From Chrysomallon squamiferum (taxonomy: Eukaryota; Animalia; Mollusca), in the NCBI GenBank assembly GCA_012295275.1, contig CM022672.1, positions 17,422,001-17,486,000 of the forward strand: DNA of 64,000 nucleotides, written 5' to 3'. The position numbers and the translations under genes were made by a program. How positions within the stretch are numbered: the first letter of the stretch is position 1; every line of letters starts with the position of its first letter. Shown piece after piece: positions 29,089-43,360 of this stretch. Under the pieces are notes generated by a model. That model was not told the origin of the DNA, did no database searches, and saw only the letters and a program-made list of their open reading frames with translations.

Positions 29089-29788
29089 TTTTTTTTTTTT
29101 TTTTTTATTCCAATTATAAATATAATAGTTAGAATTAAAAAGCCTTCAGCATATAGGTAATTGGATTTCACATAATTTATCAGCATTATCATCAGCATCC
29201 TTAAAATAATTATAATCAAACTAATTTGTTGTACTAACGTGAATGTGAAATAGCTCAATGAGCGTAATGAAATCTATTGATTTTGGAACCAGTCGCACTT
29301 CTGACCACAAAAAAAAAAGGTAGAATTTAAAAAAAAAAAAAAAAAAAGAGAGAGAGAGAGAGTGATTTTTGTATTTCTGACTAGGATCTTGGGAAAACAG
29401 TGGAGCAGGCTGTCCAGAAGAGGACTGATCCTGAAGTAATTCACGTGTTAGGTTTGACGTACAACTACTGAACTACACACCGTTCCTTTAGCAGTCCTTG
29501 TGTACTCTCTCGCTGTTTTCATACAGCAGCCGTGAGAGAATACAATTATTTTGTTTACGACGAAACGCGCAAGACAAAAACACAGCTAAGGTCAGAAGAG
29601 CACAGTCAGGAGTACTTTTAATTAATTTGTGACAGGTGAACATTGTTGTTAGTTTGGTTTATTCGAGTTGTGCTCCTGCTTTGCTGAACCGATGAATGGA
29701 TTATTTCGCTAATCTCTAATATGAACAGGTACACTGTGATCACTGCTAAAAGACACTATAGCACAAAAAAAAAATAATAATAATAAAA

Positions 29789-29820
<32 letters not shown>

Positions 29821-30149
29821 CAAAATGTTAATAATAAATGGGTATATCCAAGTTCATGGTATTTTCCCTGTGAATTATTGAAATTGCAGAAAGAAATCTC
29901 GATTCTTCTTATCTGTTTGTATCATGTTCGTAATAAACGAGATTTCAATAACTTCTTATCTATTTGTCCTGATAAAGGATGCTGATATGATCGGAATTTT
30001 TATTTATTATTAAAACAAATCTAGCCTAATGAAAAGAACCAGTAGTAAGTTCTAATGTTATTGTCATGAAACTGGTGTTTTCGAAATTATCTATCACAAA
30101 AAGAAAATAATGTATTATTTTCTACACGTATCCTGGTATCGTCTCGTGT

Positions 30150-30225
30150 TTGAAATATTAATTGGAAAAATGCAAAGATTTAATTAAGTATTCATGGCAT
30201 ATATTGAATGAAATTCTTACTAAAG
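30150..30225 (+). mobile_element. Possible short LINE ORF2 relic
   Basis: LEKCKDLIKYSWHILNEILTK resembles the K.(N/D)IK.TW.I(L/I)NEI linker between endonuclease and RT in CR1/L2-type LINEs. It is short, so chance is possible. Confidence 0.3.
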
Positions 30226-31618
30226 ACGTCCAAACGGAAAAAAAAAATACTAAAAAATCTGATGTTTTATTATCGCAAGTTCTATTCGTTCTTAAATATA
30301 AAAATCACCGTAGTATGTGCTGCAATATTGCTCTTCGTTTATCATTTATAAATAATTAGTGTCAGTATTCGATATGAACTGAATGTAATTTCAAGCTTAT
30401 GTTTATTACTGAAGCATCTCTTCTGTGGGATGAAGTAAAACAAATGCCAGAATGTCAGTGTAATCTAATGTTAAGATGGTTCATTACAGAGTCCACATAA
30501 ACTGTATTTTCAGAATCATTTGAGTGACGAGAATTTTGAATAAAGAAAAAACTACCTGAAACAAACATCCGTGTGTGTGTGAAATATTATGCATTTTGTA
30601 TATGTATCTACTACATACGTTTCTTCAGAATCGTCTACATCATTGTCATCAGTTTTTTTATGGACACATGAGCATTATAACTAAAGATAGCAGCATTAGC
30701 TCGCTTTATAAAATTTTCTCTTCTATTTTGAATCTTCAAGTCCATCATGCGCAAAACATACATAATTTTCAATTTTCGACTTTTAGAAAACGCTCTTCTC
30801 TTTAACACTCTTCCCTGTTTTCACGTTGCGTCATCCGATCAGTGGTGTGATCTAATTTCGCCTTTCTCTGATGTAATTAGGCTAGCTTCACTAACTATAG
30901 CATTAATCTCATTTTGTACGCCATCAGAATAACAGGCTGTCCAGAATTTTCGTAGTTCGCCGACAAGAAATGATTATGAAACAGAGGGAAAAAGAAACAT
31001 ATTTTTTTATCTAACGAGCTCATATTTTGTGAAAATGTGACATATTAAGTGCTATAAAAATAAACTGTGGTTAAGAAGGAGATATGAAATGTTTGTTAGG
31101 GAAAATATTGCGGTGTTTTTACGACAATACGCTTAATATGAATAAGATGGTAAAAAAAAAAAGAAAAAGAAGAAAAAAAGATGTTCTGTTTAATTAATAA
31201 TTACTAAGTAAATTGAAAGCTGAGTTAATTATTAATTAGATAGTGAAAAAAGTAAGTTAGTTAATTATCAGATAGTAAAAAAAATATATAATCTGTTAAT
31301 TATTAGCCTGATGGTAAAACGTATGTTAATTATGTGTCAGTAAACTAGAAGATTAGATTTTTTTATTTATTTATTTTTGGCTTCAGCTGCGAAGAAAGAG
31401 AGAAGAAGTTTTAACCTTTGTATCTGTAAATAATTTCAATTTACAAATTTAAGGTGAAGAACATGACATATTTTCCTGATATTGGCAATTCTTCACAGTT
31501 GAAAACGAATACAAAAAATAACTTTCTAAAAGATATGAAGGATTTTATTACGATATACATATAATATAAGTAAGATATGATTTTCACGCAATATAATGCA
31601 CATCTCCAAAAAGAAAAC

Positions 31619-31654
<36 letters not shown>

Positions 31655-33999
31655 AAACCACCCCAAACATTTTAATTACCATTTATAAACTGAATCTATA
31701 TTTCAATGATATTTTAATATTCTTTTTTTGATATGGGTTTTGTGCGTGGATGTGTGTGTACGTGACAATATTAGTTTGTACGTGCGTGGTTATTTGTTTT
31801 TGTTTTTTGTGAATCTTTGCATATCAGTGTGTGTCGTCAGGACACTTTTAGTACAAACTCATCCAGCACACACAAAATAGCCAATACACAAAATAACAAA
31901 ACACAGCATGCTGTAACATACAATACAGTATTGTTTTGTTTTATTTCAACTTAATCGTCCTTTATTTTATTGTCATTTTTTACTTCCCTCTTTCACTGAC
32001 TTTTTTCTCTCTCTCTCTCTCCATTTTAAAAAAAATAGAATTATTTAATTTATTTATTTACTTATTTTTTATTATTATTTTTAAAAACAGCTTTATTACA
32101 ATTAAACTGAAAATATATAGGAAAGGAAATGAAAATGAAATTGTTTCCCGGAACTCGCAACGAAATACAAAAGATTCATCTTGTTAAGCCAATTATTATT
32201 TGTGACTTCCGCCGTGTTCCCGAGAGAGAAAAAAAACTTAACCAGACACACATCGATTTCTGTAACTACTTCCTTTTTACTTTTCTTATTATTAGTTTCT
32301 CTTTCTTTTCTTTTTTTTCTTCTTTTTTCTTTTTATTTATTTATTTATTTTTTTTTTTTTTTTTTTTACCATTCTGCTATAACTGTCGAGAGATGTATTT
32401 GTTTTTCCGAGGTCTGTCACAAATACACGCCCTGAAAGGTTTACCTAGATGCGTCTTCACTCAGTTTGTATTTCGCACGTCACGGCTGATCTGTCGGTTT
32501 TCAATTCCAAATATTTACTCTGTGTTTTTTTTTTTTTCAATTTGATTGATCGATACTGTATTGGAATTCTCGCCTGAGTTCTTGTGTTTCATCATTAGCA
32601 CAATTTAAGAAATGAAACAGAGAGAAAAGAAAACTTAAAAAAATATATATATATAAAAAAAAAGATATATTACAAAAAGAAGAAAATTGCTTCTCATTCC
32701 TCATTATCTCAGTTTACTAAATCAATTTTCTTAACATCTTTTTTTTTTTTTTTTTTTTTTTTCTTTTTATTTTCAGTTTATTTATCTGTCCTTTGTTAAA
32801 AACAAAATATAAAAGCCGACTAATTTAAAAACATTAAAAACAAAAAAAACAATTAAAGATAAATAATATTAATCATAACAATAAATAAAGCATAAAAACG
32901 TACATCTACAATAGAAATATGGATTTAATGTATTCCTAAACTGTTAAAGTAGTTTTAAATACTTAATGAAAGATACTGAACTTTGTGAATTCTTTATAAC
33001 TAGTCTTTCATCATCAATGGCTAAATGCTTAGTAAATTACCTTAAATATAAAATGGAAGTTTCTGTATGTTTGTCATGCTTTTGTTATTAAGAAGCATTT
33101 GTCTCCACATTAAATAAAACAGTCGAAATGAAATGGGCACATTGTGCTAAGAAAGTTAATATCTTGTGTGTAAAGTGAAATAGTGAACTTTGAAATAGAA
33201 TCAAAATTATATATTTTGTTTAATTTCTGACATGAATTTTTTTTTTTCTCTTTTTCTTTTTCTTTATTGATTTTTTTATTTTATTTTATTTTATTTTATT
33301 TTTTTTTTTGAATTTTTTTTTTTTTTAACTCGATCAGGTAATTGTTGAAAACAATACTAATTTATTAATTAGATTATATAATCATGCGTGTGCATGTGTC
33401 TGTGTGTTAGCGAGAGTGTTTCCAAATGGGAAACAACATGAAATAATGCTTTCACTACGTTACCACGCAACGTGATACCATTCACGGAATGTTTTATTCT
33501 GAAACCAGTCTTTTTTATTCCAGTGATTCCTAAACGAAATTTTCTGTTAATCTAAATAATTTATCAATGACATTATCACATGGTATCGACAATGCAGGTA
33601 TTACCACCAGTGATATATCTACATATCACACAGAGCAGATTTAATCCTGAAAATAAAAGTAAGTTAATGAATAGCTTCTTTTTCGTTTCATTCACACTGA
33701 GTTTTCAGAATATTTTATTTCACACTGTCTAGAATTCTCGGCTGGTTATCGTTTCGTAGGTCAAGCATGAAATTCGTTTCTCCATTTATCAACAAAACAA
33801 ATATCTTTTCTTCCTTCTTGGAAGTGTAATCTCTTTGTCTGGACCGCCATCAGGGTATTGAATCTATATCAATATTTCCACGTATATGTTTGTGTCTCTG
33901 TGTGTGTGATTGTGTGTGTAATACATTTTTGTTATTATTAATTAAAGATTGGTAACAACTTAATATACACTCAGACACATACACAGAGAAAAAGGCATG

Positions 34000-34339
<340 letters not shown>

Positions 34340-35735
34340 AAGTCGTCACTACTATTCGTGAAAATCGATGGAACAATTGGAAAATGTCGCAAAAGCATCA
34401 AGTCCCCTGGGGACGCTTCTGATGAAAGTGTAATCCTTACTCTCCAAACTGTGCTCAGAGAAAGGAACTCTGACCTACAGCCAGGCATTTAATGACCTTA
34501 TTTGTAGACAACTCACTGCCACAAACTGTTTTAAATTGTTACAGATAGAACCATAAAATCTCTGTCTTGCAGAAATTGCGCTTAATGCCCGGAGTTGTAG
34601 AAATCCCATTGCTTGAAGTCGTTTTATATTGGCAAAATCGTTAACCATTTATTGTATAATTTTTCTGTATATCTTTTTTTTTTTTTTTTATGAGTGTCAT
34701 GCAGGAAATACGTTTGATATCGACACTTGCAGAAAATCTATAAAGTCTGAAACTGTTTTAAGTTGTTTTAGAAAGAATAGTTAATCATTCTTTTTTTTTT
34801 TTTCTGGAAAATTCTACAGAACTACAAATAAGATTTTATTATTTACAAAATAAATAAAACAAAAACATTAAATAACATTTTATAGTTTGAGTCAAACAAA
34901 GAAAAACACACACACCCCCATAATGAAATAAATACAGTAAATGAATGATAATAATAATAATAATAATAGATATTATTATTATTAAATAAAACAATAAATA
35001 ATAATAAATTAATTTAGCAAATAATTCATAAAATAAAATAAAATAATGAAAATGAAATGAAATCAAGAAAGAAAGAAAGAAAGAAAGAAAGAAAATAATT
35101 TAAAAAAAATTTAAATAATAATAATAATCATAATAAATCTTCTTACTACTGTCGTTTTAAAGACAATCCCGGAAATAATTATTTTTTAAATTTACTTGCT
35201 AATTTACTGATAAAATGCATATCTCTTTTTCTTTCATAATGATGTTTTTCCTCCGCTGATTTGTTGTTCTATGACAACATCTTTCTAACCAGTCTGAATA
35301 AATGAAAACTTTATCCGAGCTTAAAGAGATGAAATTCATCTTTCGGTTAATAAGCTTTGTCGTCAAGTATGCTACATTTCTTTAAAGCCACAAATCTTGT
35401 AGCTTTTAAAGAGACATAATCATACTGTGCTTCTAATTTCTATGACTGGCAACCGTACAACACATTATTATTATTTTTTTTAAAGTTAATGGTATTATTA
35501 AAGGTAATAATATTATTAAATGAAATAAAAATAAATAAGTAAATAAATAAAAATAAATAAATAAATAATAAACATAAATAAATAATTTTTTTTTTATTAT
35601 TATTTTTTTTTATAATGTATATAACACATACCTGACACAATATATATCGTATTATCGGGCTTTCTCGATCATAAACACATTATCTGATGCATGGAGAAAG
35701 ATGCATATCTGTTCTAATCCACAAGGTCCTAGGGT

Positions 35736-35771
<36 letters not shown>

Positions 35772-38589
35772 GAGGTTAAAATGGTTAGATCGAATACAGC
35801 CAGGGGCACGGTATTTAATGAAATAATCCAGCCCGGAGGACAATCATTGTCAAAGTGACTTTATTTAATAAACAGCCTCACGTCTACATCACACGAGCAG
35901 GGTGAAAGATACGTAAATTGCGAAACGGTTGTCCAAAATCGGCATGCTGCATTAGTTACAAACTGAAAGAAAACAGAGGGCTATGTAAATTTTCTGTTGT
36001 CGTTTTACGTGGCGCCTGGTCCAGTTTCCGCAATTCCCTGCGTCCCTGGAGAACGGCTGGAAACAGAAAACATCCCAATTAGGAAAGTCAGAAAATCAGG
36101 TTAGTGTGGCGATTATGTAATTAGAAACGCACTCACGATTTTAACTGCGCATGCTCGAACGAAAGGCGTGTGCTTCCTGGATGATGTAAGAATTATTCAT
36201 CCAGAGAGTTTAAAAATGGTCAAAGAGGTAAAAAAAAGAGAAAGGGCTGCTTTATTATGGTTCCAAATGGGTGTGTCGTTATATTAGCACATTTTTACCA
36301 CAATTTATTATGTAGGTGTTATAGGAATATTTTCTCCATTTTTTTGTTATCGATCGCAGAATGAATGGTCATGGCTTTGGCGCGTGATGTCATGTTTTGA
36401 TCGTTTGACGTCAGAACTGACAAAAATGGCTGCGGCAGATCAAAATGACTTAAAACAGGAAAAGAAAAGCTTTATGTTGATGAAAAATAAATTAAGAAGA
36501 AAACCTCTCGCAGTGACCTATTTAGGCCTGTTTTACAATAATTACAATCCGTCAGATCCTTCAGTCATCTTTTCATGTATGCTTATTTTTTTCTAAGTTT
36601 TCTTACGCGATATAATTAGAAAAGTCATTTACTTTTTACTTTTTATTTTATTTTTTTTTTTTTATTTTTTTTTTTTTTTTTTTTTTTAACGCGAAAAGAA
36701 ATTTAAAGAAAGTACGTGCGGCTTAATAAAAGCACTGTCGCAAAGCCATACAGGCTTCACTGCAACAATTAAAATGAAAGCGTCTGACATACATGTTCTA
36801 GGATCCACCATTAAACAAAATAATTACGCGCTTGGAGCACCAAGGAACATCACAGTACTTTTCACCTAGGAGTTACGATCTTAATTACTTCACTGTCACT
36901 CTCGACATGATAATTATCTATCATGTTAAAACCAAAAAAAAAGTTAAAATATAATAGTTTGAGTGTCTACATTACCCCCCAAACACACACACATACACAC
37001 ATTTTGTCTTATAGATTTTACTTATATATCTCAGAACTGCTTGTAAGAAAACTAAAACAAAAAAAATGTCATGGTTTCTACATAGGGCTGGATGGACGTT
37101 TCGATCGTGGATGTTTTTTCGCAATTATATACTGTCATTTCACTCTTGCAAATACAATATAAAGATCTGTAACGTCTTGGTTTATACTGTCATCATTTCT
37201 TTTAGACTTAGCGACATCATGGACAGAATCAGTTCATATATACTGTATCTGGGTTTTTGTTTTTTTTGTGTATGCGCTGTGAGTTGTATTATGGGAGTGT
37301 CATCTGTGCAAATGAGATTCATGCTGACATTCAAAATTATATTTACAAGCGGAGTGGCATCAGAAGTGTGTTTGTTCTAAAATTTCCGTAAATCAAGATT
37401 AGCATTCCTGTATTCTAATGGCAAAAACCACTTTTTGTAAGCGAGTGGTGAGATAAGTTTAGTTGACTGCGTTTTCGGGTCACTGCACAGATGGAGTGGG
37501 GAATAATTACAAACGAAGGAACCAGTCTTCTCTGTGTCTGCGGGCATTCGTATTGATTTGTAAGGCTTTCAAGATTCACTTGTTGTTCTCGGTTTTTCAC
37601 ATACAATCGATGTTAATTTTCAATGGCTCCAGGTTATCTCCAATTGTTTGTTGTTCTCGTATTACGTTCTTTTTTCTCACTAAAGTTCATCCCAGTGGAA
37701 TACGTTTGTGTACGCAAGCACACACACTTCTGTGAGTGCTTATATACATGCATGCAAGTTTACATCTATACAATATACACACAAACACATACATACATAC
37801 ATACATACATATATACATATATAAAAATACACAATCGTTAATATATGCAATGCATGTATAAACTATGTATCAGAGAATCATTAAAAAAAATTGTTTTAAA
37901 AGTTACAGGAATCTGGTTTTCGTGAGCCAAAGGCAGACAGACAGTCAGACAGAGTGTCAACTTGACACAGAAACTTTCTGTACATTAAATTAATTCGTAT
38001 TCACACGTCACGCAGACACAGCTAATATCCCTGGTAATATTACACGGTAAACATATTGCGTGAGCGGAGTTCGCTGCAGTTATATTGTTAATGTCGTCTT
38101 TATTTCTGAATTAATAAGCTTAGCCCAGACAAACACAGGAAAAAAAAAAATATAATAATATATATATATATAGCATCTGTTTTGAAATGCCTTAAGACCC
38201 AAATGGCTCGACGACGTTCGCTTCATGTCATCCTAAATAAACTGCTTTTCTTTTCAAGTCGATAAATGCCAACAGCCCGAAATTAATACGGCGAATCTGA
38301 GAGAATGTGACGAAAACGTGTACATCACCGCTCGGCTTTTTTTTTTTCTGAGACGTTTCCATTGACTGACCAGCGACTGTCGAAGATAAATGTCAAGATT
38401 CTGATTTGCAACCTGCTTGTCTTCTTCTGCCCAGTTCCACTAATACTTGGTAAGGGTTTATTAATCCTAAGCGAGCCATTTGGATACACAGCAGTCTAGC
38501 AGTGAGTCTGTCTACGGGCAGGACCAGACTTCTTGTCTTTGAGAAAGTTAATTTCAGCTGTAATCTGTCGCACTTATCTGTAGAAGCAA

Positions 38590-39480
38590 TTGTAGTAGCA
38601 TTTGTAGCAATGGTGGTGGTGATAGTGGTTGTATTAGTAGAGATAGTAGTAGTAGTAGTGATGTTAGTGGTTGTATTATAGCAGTAGTAGTAGTAGCATT
38701 TGTAGCAATGGTGGTGGTGATAGTGGTTGTATTAGTAGAGGTAGTAGTAGTAGTAGTGATGTTAGTGGTTGTATTATAGAGATAGCAGTAGTAATAGTAG
38801 CATTTGCAGCAATGGTGGTGGTGATAGTGGTTGTATTAGTAGAGGTAGTAGTAGTGATGTTAATGGTTGTATTATAGAGATAGTAGTAGTGACGGTAGTG
38901 GATATTATAGAGCTAGTAGTAGTAGAGATGATAGTGTATATTATAGAGGTAGTAGTAATAGTAGTGATGGTAGTGGTTGTATTATAGAGGTAGTAGTAGT
39001 AGTAGTGATGGTAACGGGTATATTATAGAGGTAGTAGTAGTAGTAGTGATGCTAGTGGTTGTATTATAGCAGTAGTAGTAGTAGCATTTGTAGCAATGGT
39101 GGTGGTGATAGTGGTTGTATTAGTAGAGGTAGTAGTAGTAGTAGTGATGTTAGTGGTTGTATTATAGAGATAGCAGTAGTAATAGTAGCATTTGCAGCAA
39201 TGGTGGTGGTGATAGTGGTTGTATTAGTAGAGGTAGTAGTAGTGATGTTAATGGTTGTATTATAGAGGTAGTAGTAGTAGTGACGGTAGTGGATATTATA
39301 GAGCTAGTAGTAGTAGAGATGATAGTGTATATTATAGAGGTAGTAATAATAGTAGTGATGGTAGTGGTTGTATTATAGAGGTAGTAGTAGTAGTAGTGAT
39401 GGTAACGGGTATATTATAGAGGTAGTAGTAGTAGTGATGCTAGTGGTTGTATTATAGAGATAGCAGTAGTAGTAGCAGTA
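38590..39480. repeat. Higher-order tandem repeat with 388-bp period, built on (AGT)n
   Basis: Marker gcatttg(t/c)agcaatggtggtggtgatagtgg occurs at 38598, 38696, 38800, 39084 and 39188, with pairs offset by exactly 388. The near-identical ORFs at 38671/39059 and 38769/39157 have the same offset. Confidence 0.95.
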
Positions 39481-39717
39481 GTAATAGTAACAGAAGTAGT
39501 AGGTTTAGCTGGTAGAAGTGCCGCTACTAACAGAAGTTGCAGTAGTAGTGGTGGTTATGGGTGTAGTGATTGTTGTGGAAGCGGTAATTTTGGTGGTTGT
39601 AGTAGTAGTTGTTGGAATAGTGGAACCATTAGCAGTAGAAATGGTAGTTGTAGTAAATAAATGAACAAACGAACAGACAAAAACAAAAACGAGCTAACAA
39701 ACAAACAAACAAACAAA

Positions 39718-39764
<47 letters not shown>

Positions 39765-40380
39765 ACAAATAAATAAATAAATAAACAAAATAAACACACA
39801 AACCCGAAAATTGATGAAAAAAAAAAAAAAAACATTAAAAAAAAAAAAAAAAAACAAACACAATTAAGAATAAGAGATTAGGTTTCTGACCAAAATACCG
39901 TCTCATTATTTTATTAACGATTGCGACAAAGAAAAAAAAAGTTACAGACTGCAGTGCGTTGAATTTTTGTCACTCCGTAATGTGTGGCCGTAATGATTTT
40001 CAGAACAAGCCAGCAGCTTTACTAAGGCTGTGCTGCACAGTAATTACGATCCTGTTCTGGAAGAAAACATGATATTTCACACCAATGCGGCTTCGGCAAC
40101 GGTCTTTAAGGCTCCGTCTTAACGCAGAATGAATTCCAGGCAGTTAAGGTAAGGCGATTACGTTTGAAGGTGCATTGTGAAAGAATGGTGAACAATTAAT
40201 CATGATAACACGTTTTTGGAAATAATTCTTGTCTTGTTAGTTCTGCGTCTACCGAATCAATGGAGTTTTTCGTATTGATTTTTCACTCTTTGTGCCTATT
40301 TTTACTTCCCACAACAAAACAGAATTACATCGTCATTGAAAATGTGTGTCTGTTTATTTATCTGAGTGTAAGCATATGCA

Positions 40381-40430
<50 letters not shown>

Positions 40431-40965
40431 ATTGTATGTACATATGCATATATGTATGCATCTGTGTGTATGCATGTATGAATGTATGTATGAATGTGTG
40501 TATGTATGTAAATATGATAAGTATTTATGCATGTATGTATATGTGTATGTATGTCTGTATGTATGTATGTATGTATGTTTCTCTGTATGCCTGTATTTAT
40601 GCATGTATGTATGTATATATGTTTGTGTGTCATCAACATAAAAAAAAAAAGGTTTTCTTCTCTTAATCTTAGTTTCTTGTTTCGTCAGTTATTCGATATT
40701 TTCGTTCGAATTTCGGTCACTGCATACTTCGGATTTCATTAGAACAATCTGAGACACGAAATTGCGTAAAAGAAATGTCAGGCAGGCTCACTAATGACAA
40801 TCCGATACAAGTGTTTAAATACGACATTTCTCTCAAATCACAACCAGTGTCACGCATAAAGAAAGTTTCCATCGACGTTTTTATGGTTTTACGAACTAAT
40901 TAATTTTGACGGACTCGCATAACGAAAGGAATGTGAAAAGGGAGAAAGGATGGATGGGTGGATGG

Positions 40966-41093
<128 letters not shown>

Positions 41094-42488
41094 TTTGCTG
41101 TGCAGTTAAGAAATATTCTTTTGATCCCCTAAAAATATATCATTCACTGGATATAAAATTCAATATTCGAGGTTATTCAAATTAAATTATGGTGTTATGC
41201 TAGCACTAAACATAAAATTTTATTATAATTACTCGTATTCTCTAGATATGAAATATATTTTTAATCAACTTTTGAAATTCTTCAGTAAGACCTGTTCCAG
41301 CGCTGTCAGTATTAAAATAATTCCTGTCAGATATTAGCCTGGAATCCTTCTATTAAAATACGGCGTTAAACGGATTTAAATTCTTTCAGCTGAAGGGTTT
41401 CCCTTCGCCAAAGCTGACACTTCGTACTTTAATTTTACCTGTAAGGCTTAACTTTTCCCCTGCTGTTTCGAATACTTACGACAGTTTAAAGACACAAGAT
41501 GGATTGTTACACACGACTTTGTTCTACATTCAGCTGACACATTATTTTTACATTCATTCCAAATCATATTAATTGTCTTTCATCATTAAGTCTCACATTT
41601 CTGTCTAATCAGATCTTGTTTCATTTGTCCCAGATTAAATCAATTCCTTTTCTTTGTTAAGCCTCGCATTTTCACTGTGACACATTAACACAAAAAAAAA
41701 AGAAAGAGAGAGGAGAGAAGTAACAGTAGCCATGTAGCAGTTTAGAAGTAGCTTGGCCTATTTTTTGAAACAATAGAGAAAAAAAAAAACAACAACAAAT
41801 AACTGTTCTATTTTGAAACACTATCCCAAAACTGTTGTCCTAGATTTTTTTGCAATTTATTTTTGTTCATTTGAGAAGTAGAACACCGCAGCGAAATTGA
41901 ACGATTGCGCAGAACTCCGCAGGCCAAAACAATTTATCGAAATCTAAGCGAATTCCAAAGATGGACATCTTGCGTCAAGCCCGATCTATTTTTAGGACGT
42001 CATTAGAGATATTTAGCAACAATTCCGGTATTTACACTGGCCGTGGTCTTGATAGTGAGGGAATATAATTTGTTTGTGTAGATCGAAGGCGCCACTTCGC
42101 ATTAACTGTCAAAACAGTATGTCATTATTTACTAATCCTTTTCGACTCTAATGGGTCAGTCACTTCGAGGAGATGTTTTCACAGTATCAGACCTGTGGTA
42201 AATACGTTACATAGACGTTGTGAAATGTTAAATCAGAATCTGGGAATATTGCTGATTGGAAAAAATATGGAAATCAATTTGGTTTTTTAATTCAGTAGTT
42301 TATAATCATAGTTCTGTTACATTGATACCTTTAAAATATATACATGTTATAAGTAATTTTTAAGCAAGGAAAATTGTGTACGGAAAGATTAAAATATTTA
42401 TCCATTTTCGTTTCAAATTATGAAATACATGATATACAGTTTCAAATTACTGGTAAAATGTGAAAGTACATAGAAACCCTTATATATA

Positions 42489-42539
<51 letters not shown>

Positions 42540-43119
42540 TTTGATTATATATGTATATGTATAAATCAAAGTAATAACAAAAATTCCAACATTAAATAAT
42601 CATACATAAATCATATTTGCAAAGGGAAAAAAAATATTAAGTAATATCTCCTTGAAGTATTTTCCATTCATTCACAACGACATTCTCAGTTTTTAACAAT
42701 GCCATTATTTCCCCACTGTGCATGTTCTCTGTTTCCTTTGTCAAAACGTACTTACTGGTTTCTGTTGTTTACATAAGAATGGAAAAACTTCAGTTAAAAG
42801 TATCGAATTATCGCTAAACAATGAACGTGCACTCATACCGTTTAGTGCCTACGTTATTTCGGGTTGTGGACGTGAAAAAACTGACTGAATATATTGCACT
42901 GACTGTTACTTAGCACACAGTTTAATGAAACATTTATAAGCCAATTAGCTTTTTGGTTTCAAAAATAAAATAATAATAACAGTACAGAAAGTAACGTATC
43001 AGTTTTATCGTTTGAAAATACACTTGGGAAATAACGCAAGAATTTTTTATTTTCAAGGAAACGATATCGTACTTTTTAAAAGATGTCTAGCTTGCTTGTT
43101 TTGTTATTTTTCTAAGTAG

Positions 43120-43204
43120 CATTTATTTTATTTATTTTATTTTATTTATTTATTTATTTATTTAGTATTATTATTTTATTAATATTATTATTTTATTAAT
43201 TTAT

Positions 43205-43243
<39 letters not shown>

Positions 43244-43360
43244 TTATTATTATTATTCTTATTAATATTTATTTAATTTATTTTATTTTATTTTATTTTA
43301 TTTTATTTTATTTTATTTTATTTTATTATATTATTATTATTTTATATTTTTTTTTTTTGC
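43120..43360. repeat. (TTA)n/(TTTTA)n tract
   Basis: Direct inspection; boundaries approximate. Confidence 0.95.

Noticed and set aside
38671-39378. Duplicated Ser/Gly/Val-rich ORFs as tandem peptide genes or a CRISPR-like array
   Set aside because: They are by-products of the (AGT)n-derived repeat; there are no unique spacers and no cas genes.
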